Source: Oxalobacteraceae bacterium
GTDB taxonomy: Bacteria; Pseudomonadota; Gammaproteobacteria; Burkholderiales; Burkholderiaceae_D
Assembly (NCBI GenBank): GCA_947448025.1
Contig: CANFLV010000009.1
Span: 110,738-142,737 of the forward strand
Reading direction: 5' to 3'
DNA: 32,000 bases
Shown one piece after another: positions 1 to 8,884 of this stretch. A program made the position numbers and the translations under genes. Each line of letters opens with the position of its first letter. Positions within the stretch are counted from its first letter, which is position 1. The notes below the pieces were generated by a model. It was not told the origin of the DNA. It worked only from the letters and a program-made list of their open reading frames with translations, and made no database searches.

Positions 1-56
1 GGCTATCGGGCGCCGCCAGACTGGGGCCTTTTTAAGCCTGGCGGCGCCCGATAGCC
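1..56. repeat. GC-rich perfect palindrome (19-bp arms 1-19 / 38-56, 18-nt loop), REP-like or terminator-like
   Basis: ggctatcgggcgccgccag at 1-19 is the exact reverse complement of ctggcggcgcccgatagcc at 38-56. The window edge may truncate the context. Confidence 0.6.
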
Positions 57-145
57 CTGACTCTGGGACCGGCATTGAAGCGCGACCAAGTCCAAAACCC
101 CATCCGGATGGGTCGCTGGCTGAGCCTCGCTGGACTATCAGAGGT

Positions 146-205
146 ATCCGCCTTGCGCGCCCCATCCCTTAAAAAGTCAGCAGGGATGGGGCGCGCAGGG
201 CGGAT
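146..205. repeat. GC-rich palindrome (23-bp arms, one mismatch), REP-like or terminator-like, downstream of the LysR gene
   Basis: atccgccttgcgcgccccatccc (146-168) pairs with gggatggggcgcgcagggcggat (183-205), with one T.G position. The loop ttaaaaagtcagca resembles the loop of the first palindrome. A third 14-nt palindrome, cccatccggatggg, lies at 99-112. Confidence 0.55.
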
Positions 206-236
206 GCCGGGCACAGAAGCCGACGCATTCAGCGCC

Positions 237-1175
237 CTATTTACCCGTCAATTCCTTACCAACCGTACCGATCAGATTACGCAGCCACTTATGTTCGCTG
301 GCATGATGCGAACGGTCATGCCATAGCTGGTAAAAGCGCATAGGCGGAAATTTGATCGGCACTGTGAAGGTTTTCAGCGGCAGCGTTTTTTCATAAAACC
401 GCAGGAATTGCCGGCCAGTCGTTAGCACGAGATCGGTCTGCAACATCATGTAGGGCATCTGGCCAAAGTAAGCCGACTCCACCACTACATTGCGACGCAT
501 ATCATTGCGCTCCAAATAGCTCTCGATCACGCCGTAATACCCTGGCAGCATCTGCGACGGCGCAACATGCGGCAGCGACAGATAATCTTCGACCGTCATG
601 CCGTCCGGCTCGGTACGTTTGGCATAGGCGCAGTCGGCGCGCATGCTGCAGGCGATCGGGTCCTGGAATAGTTTCGATAAATGCAGATGCGCGGGCGGCT
701 CATCCCAGTTTGCCACCACGAGATCGAGCTCGCCGTCCGACAACATGCGCGCATAGTCGACGTCGCGGCCGATGTGGTGAATGACCACGCGGCTGTTCGG
801 CGATTCACGCCGCAGCTTGGCCACCACATTCGGCAGGAACTGGCTGTCGAGATAATCGGGGGCGGCGATATGGAAAGTGCGCGCTTCATCCTGCGCTTCG
901 AAGGGCTGCTTTTGCACGAACAGGCGTTCGGTTTCTTCGAGGATGCGCTTGGCCGGACGCATCAGGCTTTCACCGTGCTGGGTCGGCACCATGCCGCGCG
1001 AGCCGCGCACCAGCAAGGGGTCGCCGGTAAGCTCACGCAGCTTTCGCAGGGAAGCCGAAATCGACGGCTGTGGCTGGTTCAGCTTCAAGGCCACGCGCGA
1101 GACGTTTTTTTCCGATAGCAGCATGTACAGGATGCGGATCAGGTGCAGGTCTATGTGGCTGGGCAACTTGGCCAT
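237..1175 (-). CDS. LysR-family transcriptional regulator
   Basis: 312-aa ORF. It has an N-terminal wHTH (LRILYMLLSEKNVSRVALKLNQPQPSISASLRKLRELTGDPLLVRG) followed by a LysR-type substrate-binding domain of typical length. Confidence 0.85.
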   Translation of the reverse strand: MAKLPSHIDLHLIRILYMLLSEKNVSRVALKLNQPQPSISASLRKLRELTGDPLLVRGSRGMVPTQHGESLMRPAKRILEETERLFVQKQPFEAQDEARTFHIAAPDYLDSQFLPNVVAKLRRESPNSRVVIHHIGRDVDYARMLSDGELDLVVANWDEPPAHLHLSKLFQDPIACSMRADCAYAKRTEPDGMTVEDYLSLPHVAPSQMLPGYYGVIESYLERNDMRRNVVVESAYFGQMPYMMLQTDLVLTTGRQFLRFYEKTLPLKTFTVPIKFPPMRFYQLWHDRSHHASEHKWLRNLIGTVGKELTGK

Positions 1176-1277
1176 GGAGAAGTTCCGGTTATATGCAGGG
1201 ACTGATGTGGAATATACCGGATTCCGGATAAGCGTGGCAGCGGGTATTTGTTTGCTGCAACGTGAAAATCGGCAAAG

Positions 1278-1312
1278 AAAAAGCCGGCATGGTCACCCCA
1301 TGCCGGCTTTTT
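1278..1312 (-). terminator. Rho-independent (bidirectional) terminator downstream of the porin gene
   Basis: Stem gccggcatgg (1283-1292) / ccatgccggc (1298-1307), flanked by an A-run and a T-run. Confidence 0.75.
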
Positions 1313-1358
1313 CCTGCGCCGCATAGACATCGCGGCCCGGAAGTTTCAGACTAAATGA

Positions 1359-2384
1359 TCAGAAACGGTGACGGATACCAACGCCGAAGCTAGTGCCGTC
1401 GTCGAATTTTGTCACTTTATTGCTCATCAGCATTGAGTACAAATCTGTACGCTTCGAGATGAAGTAATCGTAACCAACTGTCGCCGTTTCACTCTTGACT
1501 TCAGATGCCGTACCGATTGTACGGTTGGTTACAGCGTAACCGGCGAGAACCTTGCCGGCACCGACTGGAACGCTCACGCCGATAGAAGTTGTATCCGACT
1601 TGTCTTGGGAAATTACAGCTGCATTGTTTTTAGTTTCATCGTAAGTTGCAAACAACTTTGCAAGACCAAAGTCGTACGCACCGCCGACGAAGCTAGCCTT
1701 TTGCCTTGAAGTATCGAGTGCACCGCCTGGATTTTTCACTTCGACTTCATGGTAGTACGCAGTCAATGACAATGGGCCATTGAAATACAGTGCGTTGATA
1801 CCGACGTTGTTCTTGCTGGTGTTACCAACTACTTCACCCAACTGGTAATGCAGGTTGACTGTCAGGCCGCCGATCGATGGTGTCGTGTACTTGATCTGAT
1901 TGCTCCAGCCAGTATCGCCATTGATAGTCGAGGTCAACGTGCGCAGCACGAGAGGTGAAAAGGCAAAAGAATCGCCAAACGGGTTAAACAGGATCGTCGG
2001 CAGGAAGTTTGGTGCCAGACCGCGGCCAACTTGCACTTCACCGAAACCGCCGCTCAGAGTAAGGTTCGCATCGCGCGAGAACAGCGTGTCGCCAGGGAAA
2101 CGGCCAGCTGCACCGGTATCACCCTGCAGGAATGCGTTCAGGACAAATTTGGCCTTCAAACCTGAGCCCAGATCTTCAACGCCGCTGAAGCCAATATAGG
2201 ATGTGGTCATACCGCCGCTGTTGACAACGACTTTGCTCTTCGCATTATCAGCGTTTTGCATCGAGCCAACATAAGTGTCGAATAAGCCGCCGACAGTCAC
2301 GCTCGATTGCGCCATTGCAGGTGCAGCAAAAGCGCCTGCCAGGGCGACAGCCAACACGGCCTTTGTAAATTTAGTGGATTGCAT
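1359..2384 (-). CDS. Gram-negative general porin (outer-membrane beta-barrel)
   Basis: 341 aa with signal peptide MQSTKFTKAVLAVALAGAFAAPAMAQ. The sequence has an alternating beta-strand pattern, is Gly/Tyr-rich, and ends in the motif GVGIRHRF with a terminal Phe. GGAGA SD lies before the ATG. Confidence 0.85.
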   Translation of the reverse strand: MQSTKFTKAVLAVALAGAFAAPAMAQSSVTVGGLFDTYVGSMQNADNAKSKVVVNSGGMTTSYIGFSGVEDLGSGLKAKFVLNAFLQGDTGAAGRFPGDTLFSRDANLTLSGGFGEVQVGRGLAPNFLPTILFNPFGDSFAFSPLVLRTLTSTINGDTGWSNQIKYTTPSIGGLTVNLHYQLGEVVGNTSKNNVGINALYFNGPLSLTAYYHEVEVKNPGGALDTSRQKASFVGGAYDFGLAKLFATYDETKNNAAVISQDKSDTTSIGVSVPVGAGKVLAGYAVTNRTIGTASEVKSETATVGYDYFISKRTDLYSMLMSNKVTKFDDGTSFGVGIRHRF

Positions 2385-2772
2385 GGGTTCTCCGGGTTAT
2401 AACAAAAAAACTAATGAGGGGATGGTCAAGGTCAAATGACTTATTCCGAAAACAAGTATTGCCAGAAGTTGTCTGTAGGAATGATAACAAACGCAAGCAA
2501 GCAAACCTATTTTTCCGCTATGAAAATGCTGTTTTGTTTCCAATAGCCAACAGTCAATTTGTGCGCTGCACCCAGGCGATGCGCAGGTGCAGCAAAATCA
2601 CTGGAACAGTGCGCCTTTTGCACGAAAAGTGGCTGCACACAGCGCTCAAGTCAGTCGACTGGCAGCAGCAAATCGCCACAATCGCGTAAGAACATGGCGC
2701 CAGATAATCTTGCTTTAGAGAAAATATCGATATGGATTACAATTCACAATCGAATCAAATTTCGACTGGCTC

Positions 2773-2815
2773 ACAAATTGCTTTTTCGCACCGCACCATG
2801 CAGCAAGCAATTTGT
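2773..2815. promoter_or_regulatory. 11-bp inverted repeat, candidate operator upstream of the BMP lipoprotein gene
   Basis: acaaattgctt (2773-2783) and aagcaatttgt (2805-2815) are perfect reverse complements, about 40 nt upstream of the ATG at 2854. Confidence 0.3.
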
Positions 2816-2853
2816 TTGACTGCGCACATTTACTTACACTTTGGGGAAACGTT

Positions 2854-3993
2854 ATGCTGGATTTCAAGAAACGGAACATGCTCAAGTCGGGCTTGTTGAT
2901 CGCTGCATCAGTAGCGCTGCTGGCAGGTTGCGGCAAGAAGGAAGAAGCCAAGCCGGTCGAAGCACCCGTTGCTGCCGCGGCACCGAAGCCTGAACCACTG
3001 AAAGTCGCTTTCGTCTACGTTGGCCCAACTGGCGATGCCGGCTGGACTTTTGCGCATGACAATGGCCGCAAAGCCCTCGAAGCCGAATTCGGCGACAAGA
3101 TCCAGACGACGTTTGTTGAAAAAGTACCTGAAGGCGCCGACGCAGAACGCGTCTTCCGCGATCTGGCAACACAAGGCAACAAGATCATTTTTGGCACGAC
3201 CTTCGGCTACATGGAGCCGATGCTCAAAGTCGCCAAGGATTTCCCGGACGTGAAATTCGAACACGCGACTGGCTACAAGACTGCGCCTAACATGGCCGTC
3301 TACGAGACCAAGACTTTCCAGGGCGCTTACCTGGCTGGCGTCGTTGCCGGCAAGATGACCAAGACGAACAAGCTCGGCGTGGTCGCATCGTTTCCGATTC
3401 CTGAAGTCATCCGTAACATCAATGCCTTCACCCTCGGCGCGCAATCGGTCAACCCGAAGATTTCCACACGCGCAGTCTGGATCTCGTCATGGTTCGATCC
3501 AGCCAAAGAGCGTGATGCTGCCTTGTCGATGATCGGCCAGGGCGTTGACGTGCTGATCCAGAACACGGATTCGCCTGCAACATTGCAAGCCGCTGAAGAA
3601 AAAGGCGTGTTCGCATTCGGCTGGGATTCCGACATGTCGGCTTTCGGTCCTAAGGCACACCTCGGTTCAGCCGTCATCGACTGGGCTCCGTACTACAAGA
3701 AGACCATCCAGGCTGTCCTCGACGGCAAATGGGCAACTGGCGAAACATGGTGGGGCGTTCAAGAAGCGTCGATCGATCTGGCCAGCCTCAACGCCAGCGT
3801 ACCTGATGACGTGAAAAAGCTCGTCGCCGACAAGAAAGCTGAACTGGCATCGGGCAAGGCTATTGTATTCTCAGGTCCATTGCTGGACCAGGCTGGCAAA
3901 GAGAAAGTCGCTGCCGGTAAAGATGCAGAAATCGGCATGCTCAAAGGCATGAACTTCTACGTCAAAGGCGTACAAGGTACTATCCCGAAATAA
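2854..3993 (+). CDS. BMP-family (Med/PnrA-like) substrate-binding lipoprotein, probable purine/nucleoside-type ligand binding
   Basis: The ORF was trimmed to the ATG at 2854, which has a GGGGA SD upstream. Lipobox LLAGC follows a hydrophobic signal. The motifs VAFVYVGPTGDAGWTFAHD and GVVASFPIPEV are typical of BMP/PnrA-type binding proteins. Confidence 0.8.
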   Translation: MLDFKKRNMLKSGLLIAASVALLAGCGKKEEAKPVEAPVAAAAPKPEPLKVAFVYVGPTGDAGWTFAHDNGRKALEAEFGDKIQTTFVEKVPEGADAERVFRDLATQGNKIIFGTTFGYMEPMLKVAKDFPDVKFEHATGYKTAPNMAVYETKTFQGAYLAGVVAGKMTKTNKLGVVASFPIPEVIRNINAFTLGAQSVNPKISTRAVWISSWFDPAKERDAALSMIGQGVDVLIQNTDSPATLQAAEEKGVFAFGWDSDMSAFGPKAHLGSAVIDWAPYYKKTIQAVLDGKWATGETWWGVQEASIDLASLNASVPDDVKKLVADKKAELASGKAIVFSGPLLDQAGKEKVAAGKDAEIGMLKGMNFYVKGVQGTIPK

Positions 3994-4030
3994 GCTGGAT
4001 GCATAGCGCTGCGGTTTGAATGCAGCATGA

Positions 4031-4060
4031 GGGCTGCCGGCAATGTCGGCAGCCCTTTTT
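4031..4060 (+). terminator. Rho-independent terminator after the BMP gene
   Basis: gggctgccg (4031-4039) / cggcagccc (4047-4055) followed by TTTTT. Confidence 0.8.
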
Positions 4061-4085
4061 CTATTTTGAATTCAGAAAGTCAAAG

Positions 4086-5087
4086 ATGATCGATCCGGTA
4101 TTGTTCAACGACTGGCACCCGGTCGCCGCCAGCGCCACTCTGGCCAGCGGTACGCTGCAGCCGGTACGCCTGCTCGAACACGACTTGCTGGTCTGGCGCA
4201 GCGATGACGGCGCCGTGCATGCCTGGGACGAACGCTGCCCGCATCGTGGTGCGCAATTGTCGCTTGGGACGATACAACAGGACCGCCTCGTATGCGCCTA
4301 TCATGGCTGGCAATTCGATGCGAGTGGCCAGTGCACCTTGCAGCCAGCGCATCCGCACGACACACCGCCGGCGACCGCGCGCGCGATGCAATATCTGGCG
4401 CAGGAAGCTTATGGCCTGGTATGGGTTTGTCTGGGCAAACCAGCGCGTGCCTTGCTGCCTTTTCCAGAGCATGCCGATCCACGCCTGCGCAAAGTGCTCT
4501 GCGGCCCATATCGCGTCAATACCAGCGGCCCGCGCATCATCGAGAACTTCCTCGACATGGCGCATTTTCCCTTCATTCACACCGGCATCCTCGGCGCGCC
4601 CTCGCATACGGAAGTACCCGACTATACGGTGGCGGCTTACGATGACGGGCTCGGCGAGGCCGGCATGCAGGGCGTGATCGCGACGCATTGTTTTGCGTAT
4701 CAGCCGCGCTCGAATTTACTGGCCAGTGAAGGCTCGATGGTCGAATACACTTATCGCGTCGTGCGCCCGCTGAGCGCCATCCTGACCAAATTACCCTTGC
4801 AGCAGGATGGCTTCGATGAAGCGATCAGCCTGCATGTGCAGCCACTGGACGAAGAACAATCACAGGCGTGGATCGTGCTGGCGATGACGAATGACGCGTC
4901 GACGGATGAGGAAATGCGCGCCTTCCAGGATACGATTTTCGGGCAAGACCTGGCGATCCTCGAGTCGCAGCGACCGAAGCGCGTGCCGCTACATCCGGGC
5001 ATGGAAGTGCCGCAGCGCGCCGACCGATTATCTGCGGCTTACCGGCGACTACTGCTGCAATTGGGGATGACTTACGGCGTGATGTAA
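4086..5087 (+). CDS. Rieske [2Fe-2S] non-heme-iron oxygenase alpha-subunit-like protein (VanA/PaO/N-demethylase-like class)
   Basis: Rieske motif CPHRGAQLSLG...CAYHGWQF. The start was placed at ATG 4086 because the upstream part of the ORF overlaps the terminator hairpin. About 334 aa, with no adjacent beta subunit. Confidence 0.8.
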   Translation: MIDPVLFNDWHPVAASATLASGTLQPVRLLEHDLLVWRSDDGAVHAWDERCPHRGAQLSLGTIQQDRLVCAYHGWQFDASGQCTLQPAHPHDTPPATARAMQYLAQEAYGLVWVCLGKPARALLPFPEHADPRLRKVLCGPYRVNTSGPRIIENFLDMAHFPFIHTGILGAPSHTEVPDYTVAAYDDGLGEAGMQGVIATHCFAYQPRSNLLASEGSMVEYTYRVVRPLSAILTKLPLQQDGFDEAISLHVQPLDEEQSQAWIVLAMTNDASTDEEMRAFQDTIFGQDLAILESQRPKRVPLHPGMEVPQRADRLSAAYRRLLLQLGMTYGVM

Positions 5088-5100
5088 CGCCGCCACAGCA

Positions 5101-6522
5101 TCAGCGCGCAGCCAGCAATTCCCGCGTCGCCTGGCGTGCCACGCTTCCCAGCTCCGCCATATCGAGGCCGGGAATGACATCGTTCTGCACGACGACATTC
5201 CCGCCGACGAACAGCCATTCCAGCCGCGGCCGGCCACCCGACGCGACGGGTCCGATGGCCGGATCATGCAGGCCAAAATAACGCGGGTCATCCAGCGCAT
5301 ACACCGCCAGATCCGCCGCACAGCCGGGCGCAATGCCATTCACGCCAGACAATCCGAGCACCTTCGCGCCACCCGTCGTCCCCCAGCGCACGACATCTTC
5401 CACCGTCGCCTGATCCGCGCCACCTTCAAACGTCCCGCCGGCATAACGCGGCCGCGCCGCTTCACCGCCGCGCGCGCGTTGCATCAGCCATGCGGCGTGT
5501 GCTTCCGAAATCATGTCGGCCGCTTCATTCGAGGCGGCGCCGTCGACGCCGATCGAAATCGCCACGCCCGCTTCTTCGAGCGCGCGTATGGGCGCGATGC
5601 CGCTACCAAGACGGCCATTGCTTTGCGGGCAGTGTGCGATGCCGGTGCCGGTCTGGCCGAGCAGGACGATTTCTTCGGGATCGAGTTTGACGAGATGCGC
5701 GAACCAGACGTCAGTGCCAAGCCAGTCATGACGCGCCACGAATTCCAGCGGCGAGCAGCCGTGCTTGGCGTGTGCAACGTCCTGATACCCGACTGTCTCC
5801 GATAAATGGCTGTGGAGGCGTATGCCGAGCTTGCGCGAAACAGCCGCCATCTCGCGCAGCTCCGTGGGCATAACTGAAAACAGTGGCGTGGTCGGCGCCA
5901 TCACGACACGGCGCATCGCGGTCGGTGAAGGGTCGTGATACAGCGCCGTGAGCCGCTCGACATCGGCAAGGTAATGCTCGAAAGACTCGGGCCGCAGTGC
6001 GCTCGGCAATTCGGCTTCGAGCTGGCGCGTCTGCGTCGCGCCGCCACGGCACAGCACGAAGCGCACACCGAGAGCCTCAGCTTCCTCAAAGAGGATCGCC
6101 GAGGTATCAAAGGGCATGTCCGGGTAATACAGATAATTATGATCAGCCACCGTACCGCAGCCTGAGCGCACCAGTTCAACAAGACCAATGCGCGCGGCGA
6201 GGCGGAACAGGCGCTCGTCGAAACGCGCGCGGTAGTGATAGGGCGTAGCGGCAAGCCAGTCGGTGAGCGACATATTCAAGCCACCGGGATCGCCCTTCAA
6301 CAGCGACTGGAACAGATGGTGATGGGTATTGACCCAGGCCGGATAGACGACACCGCCTTTCGCATCGATGACGCGCTCACCCGGCAAAGGCTGGAGCATG
6401 CCAATTTCGTGAATCACGCCATCAATGACACGAATACCGGCGCCGTCGTGACGTGCTGCCGAGCCGGCATGGCCAGTCATGATCGCGCCGCAATGGGTAA
6501 GAAGAAATGAAGATGTCGTCAT
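5101..6522 (-). CDS. Amidohydrolase-superfamily deaminase (8-oxoguanine deaminase / AtzB-like)
   Basis: Metal-binding HxH motif in WVNTHHHLFQSL, later HSHLSET, and GVDGAASNE. Length and order match the 8-oxoguanine deaminase-type enzymes I recall. The ORF was trimmed to ATG 6522 (MTTSSFLLTHCGAI...); the upstream 68 codons look non-coding. Confidence 0.75.
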   Translation of the reverse strand: MTTSSFLLTHCGAIMTGHAGSAARHDGAGIRVIDGVIHEIGMLQPLPGERVIDAKGGVVYPAWVNTHHHLFQSLLKGDPGGLNMSLTDWLAATPYHYRARFDERLFRLAARIGLVELVRSGCGTVADHNYLYYPDMPFDTSAILFEEAEALGVRFVLCRGGATQTRQLEAELPSALRPESFEHYLADVERLTALYHDPSPTAMRRVVMAPTTPLFSVMPTELREMAAVSRKLGIRLHSHLSETVGYQDVAHAKHGCSPLEFVARHDWLGTDVWFAHLVKLDPEEIVLLGQTGTGIAHCPQSNGRLGSGIAPIRALEEAGVAISIGVDGAASNEAADMISEAHAAWLMQRARGGEAARPRYAGGTFEGGADQATVEDVVRWGTTGGAKVLGLSGVNGIAPGCAADLAVYALDDPRYFGLHDPAIGPVASGGRPRLEWLFVGGNVVVQNDVIPGLDMAELGSVARQATRELLAAR

Positions 6523-6927
6523 GGGGAAGCCTGAGGCTGAAGTGGGTGGTGCGCTGATCGGATCGGACAATATCCCAGGATCAGCCAGCAAGATTCTTGC
6601 CATACGAAATGAGACGGGCGCGCCGCCACATGCTGATGTGCCCAACATTTGCACCAAGACAAAGTTCCTGCAAATGAAATATTGCACAAATACAATGCAA
6701 AAACCCCGTGATTGCGCGAAAATCATGCGTCACCCGACCGCACCCGCACTATTACCGCCGACGCCGGCCGTCATGGCGAAACGGCAATATCGTGGCGCTG
6801 CGCTGGAACAAGTCACAAATCGCGTTCAGGTATGGATGTTGCTTAGTTTCAATTCAGTACGGCTACCGGCAGATGATCGCCGACGCCCGTTTGCTTTTGA
6901 TTACATTAACGAACAGGATTCCCCCCC

Positions 6928-7959
6928 ATGAAATTTTCTCACACTGTACGCAAGACGCTTGCCCTGCTGCTGTGCGCCGCCTCGGCTCAGGTTTTTGCCC
7001 AGGAAACCAAAGTCAAATTCCAGCTCGACTGGCGCTTCGAAGGCCCTGCGGCGCTATTCCTTGTGGCCAAGTCAAAAGGTTACTTCGCCGAAGAGAAACT
7101 CGACGTCACGATCGACGCCGGCAATGGTTCCGGCAATGCGGTCAACCGAGTAGCGTCGGGCTCCTATGACATGGGCTTCGCAGACTTGGCCGCGCTGATG
7201 GAATTCATCGCCAACAATCCAACTGCACCGACCAAGCCGGTCGGCGTAATGATGGTCTACAACGACACGCCTGCAGCCGTCATGGCTCTGAAAAAATCCG
7301 GCATCAAGACGCCAGCCGATCTGGTCGGCAAAAAGCTCGGCTCACCAGTGTTCGATGCCGGCCGTCGCGCTTACCCTATCTTTGCCAAGGCCAATGGTCT
7401 TGATGCGACGAAGGCAAACTGGGTCAGCATGGATCCGCCACTGCGCGAAACCATGCTCGTCAAAGGCGATGTCGATGCGATCACCGGCTTCTATTTCACC
7501 TCGCTGCTGAACCTGAACGCGCGCGGCATAAAAGATGAGGAAGTCGTCGTCCTGTCCTATCCAAACTATGGCGTAAAACTCTACGGTAACGCCATCATCG
7601 CCTCCGACAGCTTCATCAAGCAAAAGCCGGAAGCGATCAAGGGATTCCTGCGCGCCTTCGCCAAAGCCTCGAAAGACGTCATGGCCAATCCGGAAGCCGC
7701 GATCAAGGTCTTGAAAGAGCGTGACGGTCTCGTTGACGAGAAGCTCGAATTGCGTCGCCTGAAACTGGCCATCACCAGCGCGATCGCGACACCGAATGCC
7801 AAGGCCGAAGGTTTTGGCCAGATTTCCGGTCCGCGCCTGTCGCTGATGGCATCGCAAGTCTCGGACGCTTACAACACCAAGACGCGTGTCGACCCTAACC
7901 TGATCTGGAATGCGTCCTTCCTGCCATCGAAGGCGGAATTGAACGTTTTCCCGAAATAA
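6928..7959 (+). CDS. ABC transporter substrate-binding protein, NMT1/THI5-SsuA/TauA-like (NitT/TauT family)
   Basis: 343 aa with signal peptide MKFSHTVRKTLALLLCAASAQVFAQ. The N-terminal motif KFQLDWRFEGPAALF is typical of NMT1/SsuA-like binding proteins. It is followed by a cognate ATPase and permease. Confidence 0.8.
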   Translation: MKFSHTVRKTLALLLCAASAQVFAQETKVKFQLDWRFEGPAALFLVAKSKGYFAEEKLDVTIDAGNGSGNAVNRVASGSYDMGFADLAALMEFIANNPTAPTKPVGVMMVYNDTPAAVMALKKSGIKTPADLVGKKLGSPVFDAGRRAYPIFAKANGLDATKANWVSMDPPLRETMLVKGDVDAITGFYFTSLLNLNARGIKDEEVVVLSYPNYGVKLYGNAIIASDSFIKQKPEAIKGFLRAFAKASKDVMANPEAAIKVLKERDGLVDEKLELRRLKLAITSAIATPNAKAEGFGQISGPRLSLMASQVSDAYNTKTRVDPNLIWNASFLPSKAELNVFPK

Positions 7960-7988
7960 GCAGCATGACCGGCAATTGATCGGCTCCA

Positions 7989-8017
7989 GCCCTCATCCAT
8001 GGATGAGGGCTTTTTTT
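7989..8017 (+). terminator. Rho-independent terminator/attenuator between the binding-protein and ATPase genes
   Basis: gccctcatcc (7989-7998) / ggatgagggc (8001-8010) followed by TTTTTTT. Confidence 0.7.
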
Positions 8018-8060
8018 ACTGCACAATTTGCCACTCGTTTGTCACCTAGCGAAAGCCACT

Positions 8061-8837
8061 ATGTTTGTCGACTTCAAGAATGTTTTTCTGGCGTATAACG
8101 AGTCGTCCGACTTCGCGGTCGAAGACATCAATTTGCAAGCCAAGGAAGGCGAATTCATCGCCATTGTCGGCCCCTCGGGCTGCGGCAAATCCACCTTCAT
8201 GAAACTGGCCACAGGCTTGAAACCGCCGACCAAAGGCAGCGTGCGCATTGATGGCGCCGATGTCACGGGCCCATTGAAGATCGTCGGCATGGCCTTCCAG
8301 GCGCCGACCTTGCTGCCATGGCGCACAACGCTGGACAATGTCTTGCTGCCGCTCGAGATCGTCGAACCTTACCGCAGCAATTTCAAGCGCAACAAGGCCG
8401 AGTATGTCGAACGCGCGCTGGCCTTGCTGAAGACGGTCGGTCTGGATGGCTATGCGAATAAATTTCCGTATGAGCTGTCAGGCGGCATGCAACAGCGCGC
8501 CTCTATTTGCCGCGCGCTGATTCATGAGCCGAAGATGCTGCTGCTCGATGAGCCTTTCGGCGCGCTCGATGCCTTCACCCGGGAAGAACTGTGGTGCGTG
8601 TTGCGCGACCTGTGGACGGAGCGTAAATTCAACGTCATCCTCGTCACGCATGACCTGCGCGAAGCGGCCTTCCTGGCTGATACGATTTACGTCATGAGCA
8701 AACGTCCGGGCCGCATCGTCGCGCGCAAAGAAAATACCCTGTCACGTCCGCGTGATATCGAGGTCACCTACACCGAACCGTTCTCGGTGCTCGTGCATGA
8801 ATTACGCGAACATATTGGCCGCGTACGTAGCACCTGA
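8061..8837 (+). CDS. ABC transporter ATP-binding protein (NitT/TauT family)
   Basis: Walker A GPSGCGKST, signature LSGGMQQR and Walker B LLLDEPFGALD are present. Start chosen at ATG 8061; TTG 8028 is possible. Confidence 0.9.
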   Translation: MFVDFKNVFLAYNESSDFAVEDINLQAKEGEFIAIVGPSGCGKSTFMKLATGLKPPTKGSVRIDGADVTGPLKIVGMAFQAPTLLPWRTTLDNVLLPLEIVEPYRSNFKRNKAEYVERALALLKTVGLDGYANKFPYELSGGMQQRASICRALIHEPKMLLLDEPFGALDAFTREELWCVLRDLWTERKFNVILVTHDLREAAFLADTIYVMSKRPGRIVARKENTLSRPRDIEVTYTEPFSVLVHELREHIGRVRST

Positions 8838-8884
8838 GCCGGCAAGTCCAACGCACCCCTGAAACCCATTTCGAGACTGACGCC

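Noticed and set aside
681-1118. Long ORFs antisense to, or out of frame with, annotated genes throughout the GC-rich parts. Examples: 681-1118 +, 2908-3444 -, 4080-4688 -, 5266-5805 +, 7342-7857 -, 8764-9381 -, 12493-13278 -, 24437-25012 +, 25265-25942 +, 27889-28509 -, 29048-29899 -, 30537-31040 -.
   Set aside because: They lie wholly inside genes with strong family signatures on the other strand or frame. Their Arg/Ala/Gly-rich, low-complexity translations are typical of shadow ORFs in GC-rich DNA.
2385-2853. Purine riboswitch or other structured leader upstream of the BMP lipoprotein gene.
   Set aside because: I could not find the conserved purine-riboswitch junction sequences or a three-way junction. 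Only a simple 11-bp inverted repeat is present.
6523-6726. 68-codon N-terminal extension of the amidohydrolase ORF.
   Set aside because: The extension is odd in composition (MIFAQSRGFCIVFVQYFICRNF...). Homologous deaminases begin close to the MTTSSFLL... position, so the ORF was trimmed to ATG 6522.
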